From Rhynchopus sp. YZ270_cl-10 (taxonomy: Eukaryota): a DNA stretch of 64,000 nucleotides. Positions within the stretch are counted from its first letter, which is position 1; each line of letters opens with the position of its first letter. The DNA lies in the NCBI GenBank assembly GCA_964035575.1, contig OZ037840.1, forward strand, positions 248,001-312,000, read 5' to 3'. The position numbers and the translations under genes are program-made. This document shows positions 30,423 to 44,187 of this stretch, one piece after another. Under the pieces are notes generated by a model. The model saw only the letters and a list, made by a program, of their open reading frames with translations. It searched no databases and was not told where the DNA came from.

Positions 30423-30715
30423 TTGCCAGTCGCTAGGTTCCGCTCCAACTCCCTCTGCTCTCGGTGCTGTTCCTGCTCGAACTGCTGGTACTCCTCTTCC
30501 TTGCGCTGTTTGTCCTCCAGCTCCTTTTGACGTTGCTCCGCGGCCAGAGTTTCCTGCTCAATCTCCCTGCGTTCGTTGTCCTCTTGATCCCGTTTGTACT
30601 CCTCCTCAAACTCCGCGAGATCTGCATCAGCGTACCCCAGGGCAGGGGCAGCCTTTTCCTCAGGGTCCTTCTGGTTTGTCCGCTCAACAGGATGAATCAC
30701 ATTCGTCTGCAGTGT
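30423..30715 (-). CDS. Charged coiled-coil exon, probably exon 6 of the large EGF receptor gene
   Basis: atcag|TLQTNVIHPVERTNQKDPEEK...ERNLATG K|gtatgt; the phase-0 acceptor is compatible with the phase-0 donor at 41093. The linkage is inferred. Confidence 0.6.
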
Positions 30716-31125
30716 CTGATTTAGGTGGAAATAATGTGGAAATAGTGTAAAAGAAAAATCCGAGGATTCTGGTCGGAGTGCCTGCGACAGAACCCCCCCC
30801 TAGAGGCAGTCTTCTGATTACAAAAAAAGAAGAAAAAGTTTATAAGATGATCCTAAGCCTCTCATACTTAGCCACCTTGATCACATTTCGTTATTGCGCA
30901 GCAACAGCTGCGCGAAGAAGGGCTGTTTTGACGATTCATAATCAAAACAAAGTCATCCACTTCTTTTTCAAATCAACACCAGACTGTTTGGCCCTATCAG
31001 GACTCCCTGGACCTCTTTTCTATCCTTGTTTCCGTTGTATTGCCAAAAGGTGGCAAAAGTGTTCCCCCCAAAAGCCCCTACATTTCAGCGGAATATACGT
31101 TACCCCATCACCTCCCCCCCTTAGG

Positions 31126-31269
31126 CATACACTCGATGCGAGTCGCATGCGAGAATCATTATCGCTCACGAAGGATTTTGGTCGTGCGAGAGTGAGCGAT
31201 AATGAGCGATCATTGTGCGATGATTTTTCGTCACACCAGAATTGTAATGCGACTCGCATCGGGTGTATG
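31126..31269. mobile_element. MITE CATAC..GTATG
   Basis: TIR catacac(t/c)cgatgcgagtcgcat; TSD decayed. Confidence 0.65.
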
Positions 31270-31714
31270 CACCAGGCTCCCCCCCCTAGCCTTCCCCACC
31301 CATGAAACGTGAGGGGCATACCTTAGAATCTCCGCTTGTGCTCGAAGACCCACACCCCATGAGGACGCACCCCCGTGTCCAGGTGTCCAGGTGTCCAAGT
31401 GCACCCAATTAAACAAAGTGAGGGTGACTGCCCGTGGGTATCGTGTACATTAAAAACGAAAAGGAAAAGAACAAAAAAAAAGGGGTTGATAAAAAACCAA
31501 GCCTCGCAGCTTAAGCAAATATAAAGGCGGTGTGGAAGAGGGGGGTGTGTGTGTGTAAATTGTCTGTGAGGTGTGCTTTGTATTTGATAACTAATAGGGG
31601 TAATGCTTGCGGCAGAATATGGCCCCAATGTGTTTGTGTGTGTGTGTGTCATTTTTTTTTTTTTGTTGCATCGACATTCACCAAAGCTATCCATCTGGGT
31701 GGGAAAGTTAGGTG

Positions 31715-31984
31715 TCTGGAGCGTGGGTGATGTGCAGATCTTTTGATTTGTAGGAGTACGTGACCCACAGTGCAGTGCAATAGCGCCAACAGCGTGTAGA
31801 CATGGCATGCGTAGGAGTGCGTGACCCACGCCGCGAAGGAGTTGGCGTGAGCCTCTCTGGAGCGTGGGTGATGTGCAGATCTTGGTTGTAGTAGCGAATA
31901 TCCAATGGAGAACAATACTGACAGACCGAATGTGGAGAAGGTTTCCCTGCGTCAAAACAGCATTTTTTAGACAGTAGGGTCAGT
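31715..31984 (+). pseudogene. LSU rRNA fragment, copy 2 (same segment as 20577-20830, with a partial internal duplication)
   Basis: GTGCAGATCTTGGTTGTAGTAGCGAATAT...GGAGAAGGTTTCC...AACAGCA; near-identical to the reverse complement of ~20600-20795. Confidence 0.85.
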
Positions 31985-34841
31985 ACTCAATGTTTGGCCG
32001 AAGCCTTTGTACTACAGAAGGTATTGCCGTAGGGTGCTCCTCAACCGAGAGCATTTTCCCTTTTTTAAAAAAAGGGAAAAGAAGGAAATAAAAAGGCCCC
32101 CCCTTTTTTTTGTATTGGGTGTCATTCACCTTTGGGAAGATGGGGGGAAAGGGGGGGAGGGGAGGGGAGGGGAGGGGAGGGGAGGGGAGGGGAGGGGAGG
32201 GGAGGGAAATTCGTCATCCTGTCTCTCTCTCTCTCTCTCTTTATCCCCCTTAACGTATAGTTTTCAGAACGCTTGCAAAACAAAACCCCCCGCTTCGAAG
32301 GGACAGTCTCAGAGAATAAAAACTGAACATTTTTTCTTCTTTTTTTACTTTTTTTGGGGAAAAGAAAGAAAAGAAAAAATAATGACACTCAATGTGTCCC
32401 TTTGCATGACGAACAGGAAGCTCTGGTTGGACCTGCTTTTTATCACAATTTTTTATTTTTTTTGTGATTTTTGGATAAATTGCTGGAATGGTGTAGTTGC
32501 CACCAAGCTCCACTTTCCCTTTTTTTTTTTAGAGTTTGTTTACTAAACGTTGGCCGAATCCTTTTTGTCATGTATGGTTCATAGTACAAATATATCCTTT
32601 TTGTGTCAAAAAGGAGATGAGATTTTGCCCTACTATCCATCAAGGCATGGGTGGACACAAATAATACAATAGTGATCCAGGCACACACCCCTGACCCACG
32701 TACAATGCCAAACATAAAATAAACAATCTCTTCCCTTGAAAACTTGGTTTGTATTATGTGTAGCCACCCCTAGAGTGTGCTCCCACTATACTTTCTTTCT
32801 GATCGTTTCTTGTTGTTGCCTTGACGCCATCTACACAGTAGTTGAAAACGTGCTAAAAACGTATCTCAGTTGAGTTCATGCAAAGCGTGTGGGGGAGAAA
32901 AAAATGTAAAATATACCTAAGCCTCTGTGCTTAGTCACCTTCAGAACAAAGGGGGAGAAATGTTCGCATGTATGTAAAGAGGGGAGTTCTATTCTGTTGT
33001 GGTTTTTGTTTGTTTGTTTTTTTTTTTTTGTTTGTTTGAAAACTTGGTTGTTTTAGTGTAGACACCCGAAGATGAACTCCACTCTTTTTTGTTTTTTTTG
33101 TTTTTGTTGCTTTTTCTTTTTTCGATTGGGAAGAGGCTTCTGTCTATTTTTAGTTTTGTTTTTTTTTGTTGGAAGAAAAAAATGGACAAGAGTGTGCGAC
33201 TCGACACTCTCAGGACATATGATACCTCTTATTTTTTTGATAAATTGTTGGAGTAGTGTAGTTGCCTCGGGTTGTGTTGCCACACAGTTTGTGCAATATC
33301 CACTGTTTTTGTTATGTCGACAATCACCTAAGGACCCGCTTGGGGAACCTAGGGTTTGTACTCTCCTTTTTATAGATGCAGAATACCCTCAACCCAATCC
33401 AATATCTTACTTTTGTATTTCTTTTTTCACCCAACTCCCCCCACCACCACCCCCGACAACCCAGCATTCCACCCCAGACAAGATAGTGATTGAAATTCTG
33501 GATTTAAAAAAAAAATAAAATAAAAATTTGTGGATGAAAGTCTTTCGCTTTTGTATTGTTCTCTTTTCCCAAGTTATTTTTTTTAGTGTTGTTTTTTTCT
33601 TCTATGTTTGGATTTTTGGCTCTTTTTTGTTTGTTTATTTGAAAACTTTTGTCATGACAAACGCAGATACCCTCAGGAATGGAAGCGTACTCCCTGGGAG
33701 GTATGCTTCAATTAATCTGCTGTTCTGCCCCCTCCTCCTCCTCCTTTTTTTTGGCTTTTTGTTGCTGTTTTGTTTGTTGATCATTTGATTTTATGTTGCC
33801 AAAAATAAAACAAAAAAACACAATTGCCCCATATCCCCTCTGCCTCATGACCATTTGCTTTACTTTTTTGATAAATTGTTGGAGTAGTGTAGTTGTCTTG
33901 GTTGTGTTGCCACAGTTTTGTGCAAATCTCCACTTTTTATTGCATACTATGTTTTTTTTTTGTGCCGAGCCTTTGCAGTCGTCTGTCTGCAAAAACAACT
34001 CACCTCTCTTTGTTGTGCACAACCAAAATGCCAGAGGGGAAAAAGTTGACTTGAAATACAAAGCCCTCTCGTGAACAGTGTACCTCAAAAAAAAAAAAAC
34101 ACACACACACTTTTTAAATAACACCAGTGAAGGGGGAAAGTGCAGCGAGTCCACAATGGGGGTGGGGAGATAGAAAAAAACATGGGGTAGGAAGTTGGTA
34201 GGAATTGGATACTAAGCCTCGGTACTAAGGGGGGTTTTGAAAATGTTTTTTTGTTTGTTTCGAAAGTGCTTTGTGCTCTGTTTAATTTTGCTCAATAGTT
34301 TTGCCTCAGTGCTAAGGGGGATATGGCCATGGGATATCATTTCTGACCAGGGAGTGAAGGAAGGTGTGTGGAAAACAACAACAACAACTCATTAGACTAG
34401 AGAGGGAAGAAAAATAAAACAGGGTGTGCTGTGGGAAAAAAAAACCCCCCCTCCCCTCCCGCGATTTTTCGAAAACCACCATAGCATCCTGGCGATTTGC
34501 TTCATGGTGTTGACCGGATTTTACCCCCTTTTTTCTACCGATATAGGATGACTGCATAAAAGGGGGGGGAGAAAAAAACTGTGGTTGTTGATGCAGGCAC
34601 ACCCTCCGACTGACCTACATACGATGCCAGCCATCTGGATGAAAGCACTACCCTGCGGGTCTACAACAGTAGATGTAAAAAGGAAACTTGAGGGAGGGGA
34701 AATACAATATTGAACGAACGGTTACCTAGTAATTGCACACATCAAAAAAGGGGGTGGTGATTCACACGATATGTCTAAAAGGCAACACTACACCCAACAA
34801 TTTTTTTTTTTTTTCAAAAAAAAAAAAAAAAACTAATCATA

Positions 34842-36144
34842 TATACATAGCGCTCTAATTAGAGTATTAGGGTATAATTAGAGTCTGGGATTTTGGGCCA
34901 AGTCAGTTAGAGTCCAGTTAGAGTATAATTAGAGTCGCTTTTCTTCAATTAGACTATAATTAGAGTGCAGTTAGAGCATAATTAGACTCTAACTACACTC
35001 TAATTATAGTCTAATTAGAGTAAAACAACAGGCTTCTTGTAGGTGCAAACGCCGTAAGGAACCGGTTCCCCTAAGGTTCCTCTGTAGGACCCAGGTGCCC
35101 AGATACCCACATAGCTGAAAATAAGACTTGGGGAACCGAGTTCTCAGCCGGACTGGGACACAAGGCGCTGTGGTCCGCCTGAAAGCGGGTCGGGGACCCG
35201 GTCGCGGGAGGGTGGGGGCCTAGTCCTACTCCTACTGTACCTAGTACCCAGTACCGGGACTCGGGACCCGGCTTATTCTCAGCTATGGGTACCCAGGTAC
35301 TCAGACCCGCGCAGTGGCACATGCCCTCAAGTGTGAGTGCCCCATACATTAGGGAATGCGATGCAAAAACTCTATGTGCACCTTCGGTGCAACGCCGCAG
35401 ACAGGCCAAGCAGCGTTGGACTCAGAGGAATGCCTGCTGTGCAGGTATCAATGAGAACCAACTCCCAGCAACAAGGGGCGCCTTTTGGCGGGCGTTATTG
35501 AAGGTGTTTGGGGTGCAAAGTTTTCTACAAATGTTGATGCGCGGGTACAGAAGTGGTGTCTTGTTCTTTCATCTCTAGGAATGTAAATGTCAATCGAATT
35601 TAACTACCACAAAGGGGTCGAAGGGGTAATCCCAGTATCAAAGGCTGTGTTGACGGGAAATCTATAGCGAGCATACGTTCATTTCAGCCGAAGAAATACT
35701 ACTTATTCTAAAATATACCAAAGAGAATTCATAACAAAACAACACTGCCCCATACACACTAAATAGCCATGCTTCAAGTGCATGCCCCTGGGCCAAAATT
35801 CCTGTGCTAAAAAGGCAACAAGACCATCCACAAGGAGTGTGAATTGTGCACTGGTTTTCTGGGGGAACAAACAATATTTTCTTGTGTCTGGTTCTCTGCA
35901 AGCAGAGAACAGGCTCTCTGGATTACAAAGTCGAATTTCTTGCACTAGCTATGCCCTCTGGGTTGATGGCTATAGCATTGATTGATGTGCCCCTCTTTAT
36001 TGACCCTCTTATAGGACTCTAATTAGACTCTAATTAGAGTCCAGTTAGAGTATTAGAGTTCAGTTAGAGTTTTAAAGACTCTAATTATACTCGAACTGCC
36101 GACTCTAATTATCTAGTTAGAGTCTAATTGGAGCGCTATGTATA
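34842..36144. mobile_element. TIR element TATACATAG.., copy 2
   Basis: Same TIRs and interior as 25204-26393; flanking duplication aatcata at 34835-34841 and 36145-36151. Confidence 0.85.
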
Positions 36145-36291
36145 AATCATAACATTATACCAACTGATCTGTCCTTACTATTCTACTACTATGTCTTTTT
36201 TTTTTTCGTTGACCGCAGCAGAAGCGTAAAGACAGATCTACCGTTGGTTTGAATAATATATTCTGTTTAGTTTCCAATAACACTTCGTGTA

Positions 36292-36406
36292 CACGACGGT
36301 GAAGTAAATAACTTGATTTGTGGTTTTACTTGTGGTGTCACGGTTGGTTTACAACGGTGAAACCACAAGTAAAACCACAAGTCAAGTTATTTACTTCACC
36401 GTCGTG
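36292..36406. mobile_element. 115-bp fold-back MITE, TA TSD
   Basis: ~45-bp TIR cacgacggtgaagtaaataacttga.ttgtggttttacttgtggt; ta on both sides. Confidence 0.85.
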
Positions 36407-37342
36407 TATGCAAAAAAAAGGGGGAGGGGGGGAAAAAAACGTACCTAGTCCCTAAGCCAATGAAGGGGGACGATACTCTACTGCAGGGGGTTTTGAATGC
36501 AACCTCCCTGCAGTAGTGTTCTCTTGGCATCCTGCCATGCACTCTCTTTTCTCCTCTCCATTTTTGTTTTTTTGAAAACTTTTTTTAACCATTCCTTTTT
36601 TAGGAACGGAACTATGTACGGTCCTGGAAGCTCCAAGAAAATGGGAGTCGGCGGGCTTAATAGGAAGTTGCCTTTCTAAACGTGCACAAAAAAAAAAACT
36701 TGGTTGTATTAGTGTAGCCACCCTAGAGTGTGCTCCACTATTTTTTTTTTTTTTCGTTTGCTTCGCTCATGAAGGTGGGAGGGGAAAGGGTGGGCGCTGG
36801 TTTGTGATGAAAGGAACAAATACCATTTGACAACGTTGGGAGGGTTTTTGCTCTCTGATGTATTAAAAAAAAATTGACTGGTGAAATACAAAGCCCTCTT
36901 GGGACAGTGTACCTAAAAAAAAATAGGTTGGGGGAGGATGGAGAACAGGAAGAAAAAACGACTTGACATGACACGATCACCCCAAACTACACCTTTCCTA
37001 CAGACAGAACTGAACAGAACAAAAGAGTGAGAGAGAGAAATTTGGTAAAAAAAATTGGCAAAAAGAACATCCGAAGCTTTGCTGTGTTATGGAGATGCTG
37101 CTTTTTTTCAACAAAGGGAAGCCTCTTTTTTACTTTCAACGGATGTCATCCGTCCGATTTTGAGAAACCCCCCCCCCTCCCCCCCCGGAGAAGATTGTAA
37201 ATTTGGCAACCTGAAGTTTTCGGCTTTTGGACAGACGTAAAAAAATTCGAAAACCAGCGGAAGTGGATTTCCGAGCTCCCCGCTTTTCACCACAAAAAAA
37301 ATCGACCACTTTAGTGGAGTAGAAGTTAATTTAAAGTGGCTC

Positions 37343-37813
37343 CAGTACACAGTACACAGTACACAGTACACAGTACACAGTACACAGTACACAGTACACA
37401 GTACACAGTACACAGTACACAGTACACAGTACACAGTACACAGTACACAGTACACAGTACACAGTACACAGTACACAGTACACAGTACACAGTACACAGT
37501 ACACAGTACACAGTACACAGTACACAGTACACAGTACACAGTACACAGTACACAGTACACAGTACACAGTACACAGTACACAGTACACAGTACACAGTAC
37601 ACAGTACACAGTACACAGTACACAGTACACAGTACACAGTACACAGTACACAGTACACAGTACACAGTACACAGTACACAGTACACAGTACACAGTACAC
37701 AGTACACAGTACACAGTACACAGTACACAGTACACAGTACACAGTACACAGTACACAGTACACAGTACACAGTACACAGTACACAGTACACAGTACACAG
37801 TACACAGTACAGT
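37343..37813. repeat. (GTACACA)n satellite, ~67 units
   Basis: Perfect tandem array. Confidence 0.97.
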
Positions 37814-38167
37814 GAAGTCAATTTAAAGGCTCCATGGGTCTTTATACAGTAACGTATAGGGGTCGGCTCCACCAAAAGTTGCGTACCGTGGAGTGTGTTC
37901 CTGAATAAAAAAAATGGTCGGAATTGAAAGATTCGTAAAAAAAAAATCCAAAGGAAAAAAATCGAAAACCTTCTTCAAAAGAAATCCAACTTAGAGACGC
38001 CACTGTGCTGCGACCCAAAGAGGAGGTTTTCTTAAGGAATTCCTTCAGAAACCTGCGTAGAAACGTTCCCAAAGGGGGTACCACAGCCAAAAATCACCTA
38101 ACCATCCACAGAGGCATAAAAAAAATCGTGCGACCCCGGAATTGAACGTTTTCGTAACCGATCTTTC

Positions 38168-38914
38168 CAGGGCGTTCGCCCCGGGGCGAAAAATATTTTT
38201 TTTCGTTAAAAAAATCTTTTCCTGAAAAAATGACGTTTTATTTCGCCCCAGGGCTTCGCCCCACCGGGGCGAAACCCTGTATAAATAAATAAATAAATAA
38301 AAAAAGGGGGAAAAAAAAAAAAAAAGAGAGACAGATTTCTCCCCACCACCCTGTAGACCCCCCCGGAGGGGGGGTCGCAGAGGGGTGTCCACTGTACTCA
38401 AAATCATCCGCAAACCCGCCTGCCGTGAGAGGAAGTTTCCCCAGCACTCCCGCTCGCTCCTCAATCCTGCAGTCTGCTGAAGGTGTACCGTACCCCCTGT
38501 TATAGAAGGTGTCACTGCTCGTGTCAACTCTATCTTCAATGGCAGAGAGTTGAAAATAATCAAAATAAGGATGAAGTCTCATATGACGGATGCCTCTCTC
38601 TTGTACATCTGCTTGATTAAACAACACAAAGAGACCCTCAGTGAGGGGGGATTGATGAAATTCTCCATCGTTTTGCTGGTTTTAGTATCAGGAAAGTTCA
38701 GCTGTAATATCACTTGTGCTGGGGAAGGGATCACGCACAAATCGCAAATTTTTTTTGACCATTCAGTACCAGGGATTCACCCCACGAACTAACTTCTCTC
38801 CGGCGGGGAAAATTTTTTTGACCTATTTTAAGCACTAGTAAAAAAACGAAAATTTCGGGGTTTTTGGCATTTCGCCACGATCAGGAAAAAACGATGGCGA
38901 TAGCGAACGCCCTG
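38168..38914. mobile_element. 747-bp hAT-type element, copy 2
   Basis: Same TIRs, length and ORF translations as 5240-5986; 8-bp TSD gatctttc. Confidence 0.92.
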
Positions 38915-40089
38915 GATCTTTCCAAATAAAAAAAATTCGAAAAAAAAATTTTTTGAAGAAAATTCATAAAATCCATGTGACCACGGTTTTGTACTAGACC
39001 CCCCCGTTGCCAAATTACCAAACTTGTCCGCTCACCCCCCCGGAGACCCCCCCCCTACCCCCCCGGATGACATCCGTTGAAAGTAAAAAAGAGGCTTCCC
39101 AAAAAAAAAAAAAAAAAAAAAAAAAAAACTTCTGAGTGGTGTGGGGGAGAAAGAGAGAGAAGAAATAAACATTCTTTTTTTTTTGGAAGATGGATACAGG
39201 CTATTATATACGATTTTTTTCCTGAACAAAAGTGCAAAAAAAGTGAGGTTGCTATTCCTGAGGGGGCTGGAGGCACGGAGGGGCTTTTTTTGGAAGTGGA
39301 CTTAAGATTGAAGTATCATCGTTGTCCAAGGAGGGTTCCCGGCTACCGGCTAGTTTCCTAGGGGCCTCATGCCTTCACTGGCTAGGGCTCCAGCAGGTCC
39401 CACACATGCACTGTGCCTGACTTTCCCAGCACCTTTCACCCCTTCAGGAGGAGTGCCACAAAGGGCACCCGGATGCAATTTTTCACGTCCATATCAGGAC
39501 GTGACTCAATTTTTTTTGCGGAGCAAAAAAAAATAATATAAAATGGCGCCGCAGGCGGAAAAAAATTGGGGTACGGTGTAAAAATCTAGCCTTTTACACC
39601 ACAGAGTCACTCAACGAACCCTTTTTTGCGGAGCAAAAAAGGAAAAATGGCGCCGCAGGCAAAAAAAATTTGGGTACAGCCTGTATGGTACGGGATTCAT
39701 GGTGCGATCAGCAGCCCAGTTCCCCAAAAAATGCAAAAAACTTTTTCTCCAAATCTGCAAAAATTTTTTTTTTTTTTCAAAACTGAGGTTTGGCCTCAGT
39801 TCTACTATGGTGTATAAATCTCTGGATGGATACGTGCCTCTCGTGCACGCACATCTCTACCTCTCATTCTCCTATATACTATGTGGGGAGGGGGGCGGAG
39901 AGAATACACTCCAGCCATGTGCCAAGGGTTTACTGATTATTTTTGTTTTCGTTTTTTTTTTTTGCACAGTCGGCTTAGAGAAGCACGTTCGCGTCGTTCT
40001 GTGGGAGTGGGTTGGTGGTGGTTTGAAAGTTGTTGTTTTTTGCTGTGTGCTCTTTTCTTGTTTTGGTGGTCTTTAAAAATGTACTAAAA

Positions 40090-41020
40090 ATGTACTTTGG
40101 TGGTAGGCATTGCAATGAGCACTCTTTTGTAAACCTCTCGAGGAAGGTAGCCCCGGAAGGCCAGAAGGGGAACGTATGGCAGCAGAAGGCCATAGATGTG
40201 TACCAGAGAAGGAACGGACAGCGTGATGATCAGCGGATAATAAGCTCTACCAAAAAATACTCCTCAGGGAGTTCAACGAAAGAGCGAAGATTTCCGGGAT
40301 GCATGTTGCATGGTCGCCAGCGTCCTTGTAAGCCTCAACGTAGAGTATTGAGCTTACAAAGGAAATGTGGATACTCAGATGGGGTATTTTTTTTTTGTAT
40401 CATTCATGGATTAATTCTTCCCAACCGCAAGGAAGAGGGAGGGGGAGGCAAGGGAAATGGATCACGACAGGGCACAGCGGGGAGAGGCGGCACGCCAAGC
40501 CCCAAGGGCATCAGGAACAGTGGGAGGGGAACAAGAAAGTGGGTGGAAAAGGAAGCGGGAAAAGGGGAGCGGGCCAACCAAACTGGGACGCGAGGCTTTC
40601 CGACCTCGAAAAGAAAGTGCAAACTCGCTCTTCCAATCAGGACAACCTCCTCCGATAAAGAAGGGTTAGAAAAGGGGTTCGAGAAAATCAGCAACGGTCT
40701 GACGCAGAGCCTGGAAAACTCTTACCCCAGAACCAGGTCCAGCCCGCAAAAAAGCCAAGAAAGGGAAGATACACTACAGGTAAACACAGACTTCAACACA
40801 GAAATGGGAGACGACGGCCGGCATCTCGCCAATGTCCTCGCTGTCGCTCCAGACAGCGGGATCGCAGTCACCGGGGGGAAAGGCGAAGGGGGGAGGAGGA
40901 GCACGGGCGGAACACATCCGCCAGGACCGGTGTGGGACACAGCTCCCCAGAATACAATGTCAAATACCCAGCCAGAGTTCATATTTTGGCACGTACTGGA
41001 TGTGCACAACGTTAGATAAA
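40090..41020 (+). pseudogene. Possible decayed non-LTR RT remnant (intronic)
   Basis: Frame-broken RT-like motifs in order: GIAMSTLL, (QR)DDQRIIS, ILLREFNERAKISGMHVAW. The 329-aa ORF is probably a patchwork. Confidence 0.4.
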
Positions 41021-41093
41021 TACTCTAAAAACTCTAAAAAAACAAACCCCCTCCCCCTCCCCCTCCCCCTCCCACCACACCCATCTCACATAC

Positions 41094-43754
41094 CGACGTC
41101 GGCGATCCAAAGCCCAACGGCGAGGCTGGCGTCCCCAACCCACTCGACGTCGTCCCTCCTAAGCCTAGCCCCAACCCACCACCACCTCCACCACCACTCA
41201 ACCCACCTTCTCCGAGCACTGGGTTCATATTCGCCATTGTGTTGTCTCCGAGACCTGCGTGGCCAAATTTGTCATCACGGGGAGCACTTGCACCACCACC
41301 ACCTCCTCCTCCCAGATCCACTGCAGAAGGGGGTGCGACGCTTCCTCCACCAAGCAATCCATTGTTGTAGAGGCCCTGAGTGAACTCAGGGCTCAGTCCC
41401 GGAAGGCCTCCTGCCGCAGCGTGGCCGATGGGCGCGAATTCGTCTGAGGTGAGGTCGATGTCTGCCGCAGTGAAGCCGTAGTTCGCGAGACGCGCCTTCC
41501 CGTAGAGTGCGTCCTGGAGCTCCTCCTTCGCGGCCTGCGGGGTGCTGCTGTCGTTCACTGCGCTGTGCACCGCTGAGGAGAGCGCACGGCCCTCTTCGTT
41601 CATCGCAGAAAGCGCGCTTTCTAATTGAGCTTGCCCTGCACCTAATCCCCCAGCAGACACAACACTTTGCACTGCGGCAGCGAGAACCCCTTGTGTAGGG
41701 TCCATTCCTTGCATATCGACATTACCATAAACAAAACTAACCTTTCCATCCAACGCATCGCGAAGCTGTTGAGCTGCGGCAGGCGGAAGAGTACCCGAGG
41801 AAATTGCATTTTGAACCGCCTTTTTGAAAGCAGCTTCCTGCGATTGAAAGCTTTCCGCCGCTTTTTGAAGTGCCGGTGCTGTTTTATGGGTGGACAACAC
41901 ATTGCGGACTGCCGCAGGCACCATCCCCTCTGCTGCAGCGCGCGATAGAGGGTCCATCCCTGACAGATCCACCTTTCCGTCGAACCCTGCCCAAGGGTTT
42001 GCGTCAGCCTGCAACGCCTTGGCGAGACCGTTGTCAGCACCGTTGAGCTCTTTCAACGCATTTTTTGACGCCTCAGTTAGGTCCCCATGCGCGTTGTTCG
42101 CGTCTTGCAACGCGGCTTCCAGGTTGCTTCGCAGATCCTTAGGGAGGTCTGGCTGCGCCAAAATCGCGCGAACCGTCGCCGCAGTCTGCCCCCCCGCCAT
42201 CGCAGCCCTCAATACCGGGTCCATCCCCGCCAAATCTGAAGCGGGCCCCCAGGTATTATCGTTCAAAGCATCCTCCAACACCTGCCTCGCCCTTTGCGGC
42301 AGACCTGGGTTTTCCAAGGCATTCTTTGCCTGCTGTCTGAGACGTTCCTCTGCGTTCTTCTGCGCTTCAAGACTTTGCTGCAAATTCACCTTGGCGCTTC
42401 CTTCAGGCATATTCTCTACCGCTGCTACAGCAGCTACGGGAACATGCCCTCTCGCAGTCGCAGCCCTCTGTAGGGGGTCCATCTGCGACATCAAGGATAC
42501 TCCAGGTTGTTGTCCAAAGCTGACTGCGTTTGAAAGGTTCTTTTGAACGGCATCGGGGAGCTCATTTCTTTTTGTTGCATCTCTCCCAGTGGAGGCTAAA
42601 GCTGCTGCAGCTGCGTCCGATTTTGCGAGGGCAGATTCTAAAGCTTTGCGATCTCCTGCATTTAATTCTCCATGTCGAAGTGCTTGGCGAACTGCGATAG
42701 GAAGAGCTCCTGCTGCAGCTAATGGAGCCATATCCGATAAATCCGCTGGTCCCCAGGTGTTTAAATCTCCCTTTGCGATGTCTTCGAGGTATTGTTTGGT
42801 GTTGCCATCTTGGATTCCGGACACGGCAGAAAGGAGGTCTGCGTTTCCAGATTTGGCCGCGGAGAGTGCGGAGGAGATGTCTTGCTGTGTCGTATGGTTT
42901 GCAAAGGGTAAAGCCGCTTCTGCTGCTTCAATGACCCGACCCCGCGCTGCAGCTTCTTTGATCATCGGATCTCCGTTGGAGGAGATTTTATCGGCAAGGG
43001 TACGTTGTTGGCCTAAGGCATCCTTCAGTTCTTGTCTTTGCGCAGCAGGGACAGAAGGGTTGTCAGAAGCCTCCGTTGCCGCGGTGATGACAGACTCTCT
43101 TGCCGCATCGCAACCACGAAGTGCCTCCTCCAGCTTCTTTCTGCTTTTCTTTGGCAGTCCTGGGCGTCGCAGAGCGGTGCGGGTCACCTCGGCAAGACCT
43201 CCTTCTTTGACGGCGCCCTTAAGGGGTTCCATTCCGTCGGTGTCCGCGCCTTCCCAGTTTCCGTTGAGGGCGCGGCCAAAGCTGTCTTGGATTGAAGGAG
43301 GGGTTGAGGAGGAGGAGGTGGCGTCGCGCATGGCTTTTTCGAGGGCGCGGGTTTTTTTGTCGAGGTTGCGGAGGGAGGATTTGGTGTTGGTGGTGGCGGT
43401 GTCGGGGACGGAGGGGTTTGCGTTGACGGAGCGGACCGCTTCGGGTACTTTGCCGTAGGCGGCGGCAGCAAGGTGTGTTGGTCCTGCTAGCTTTGCGAAG
43501 TTCTCGGTCTCCGCAGCGCCCTTTGTGGCAACAGAGCTCAGCAGCGCGCGGTCGCCGGAAGGAATGTCTTTGCTGGCCGCGCCGTCGCTAGCCGCCGCGC
43601 GTGCCTTGTCGTTCGCAGCACCCCATTTATCCATCGCCCCCGAAAGCTTCGCCGCAGTCGCCCCACCAATACCTCCAGCAGCCAAGGCACCTCCGATAAG
43701 CGCCGCCTTCTTTCCATCGGAAAGCGCTTGCTTGGCGAGGGGGTCCATGCCGTC
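41094..43754 (-). CDS. Large EGF receptor gene, exon 5: Ala-rich cytoplasmic helical repeats
   Basis: ccacag|DGMDPLAKQ...GFGSPTS|gtatgt; 887 codons; repeated W/F-G-x-A-D-L-x-G-M-x-P-L motif. Confidence 0.85.
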
Positions 43755-43989
43755 CTGTGGGGGGGTTGGTGGGTGGGGGTTTCAAAATTTGGAAATCTAT
43801 GAGTAGTGAAAAGGGAATAGAGGAGGGGGAGAAAGCCGGAAAATGCAAAAAAGCGTTTTCGCGATAGTGGGTGGCCATGATGGATTATGTTTGTATCTGA
43901 TATGTGTTCTTCCACAGTTTCTAGGTCAAATTGAAGAAAGGGAAAGGGAGAAAAAAAAGGTCAATTCATTTATGTGTCTGCAGGCATAC

Positions 43990-44106
43990 CAGCTCAGCAG
44001 GGCCCCATGCGTTGTCCAGTGCCTTCTCAAGTTCTGTGCGGGCAGCAGGCTCAAGCGTCGGATCGTTAAGCGCTTCAATAGCTGCATTGTGCAGGTCTCC
44101 GTTCGC
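43990..44106 (-). CDS. Large EGF receptor gene, exon 4
   Basis: caacag|ANGDLHNAAIEALNDPTLEPAARTELEKALDNAWGPAEL|gtatgc; phase 0; joins exon 5 to give WGPAEL-DGMDPL. Confidence 0.85.
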
Positions 44107-44187
44107 CTGTTGGTATGTTTGAAAGCATTATTTTTGTTGTATCAACAGCCACCCTATCCACGCACGGGTTCTGTACAATACAGTATA

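Larger units (their letters stand above)
37116..39100. mobile_element. GGG..CCC TIR element containing a 7-mer satellite and a nested hAT
   Basis: ~37-bp TIR gggaagcctcttttttactttcaacggatgtcatccg; aaa flanks. Confidence 0.85.

Noticed and set aside
40030..41019. 329-aa plus-strand ORF as a real gene
   Set aside because: TTG start in low-complexity DNA and no coherent domain; the RT-like motifs are spread over different frames.
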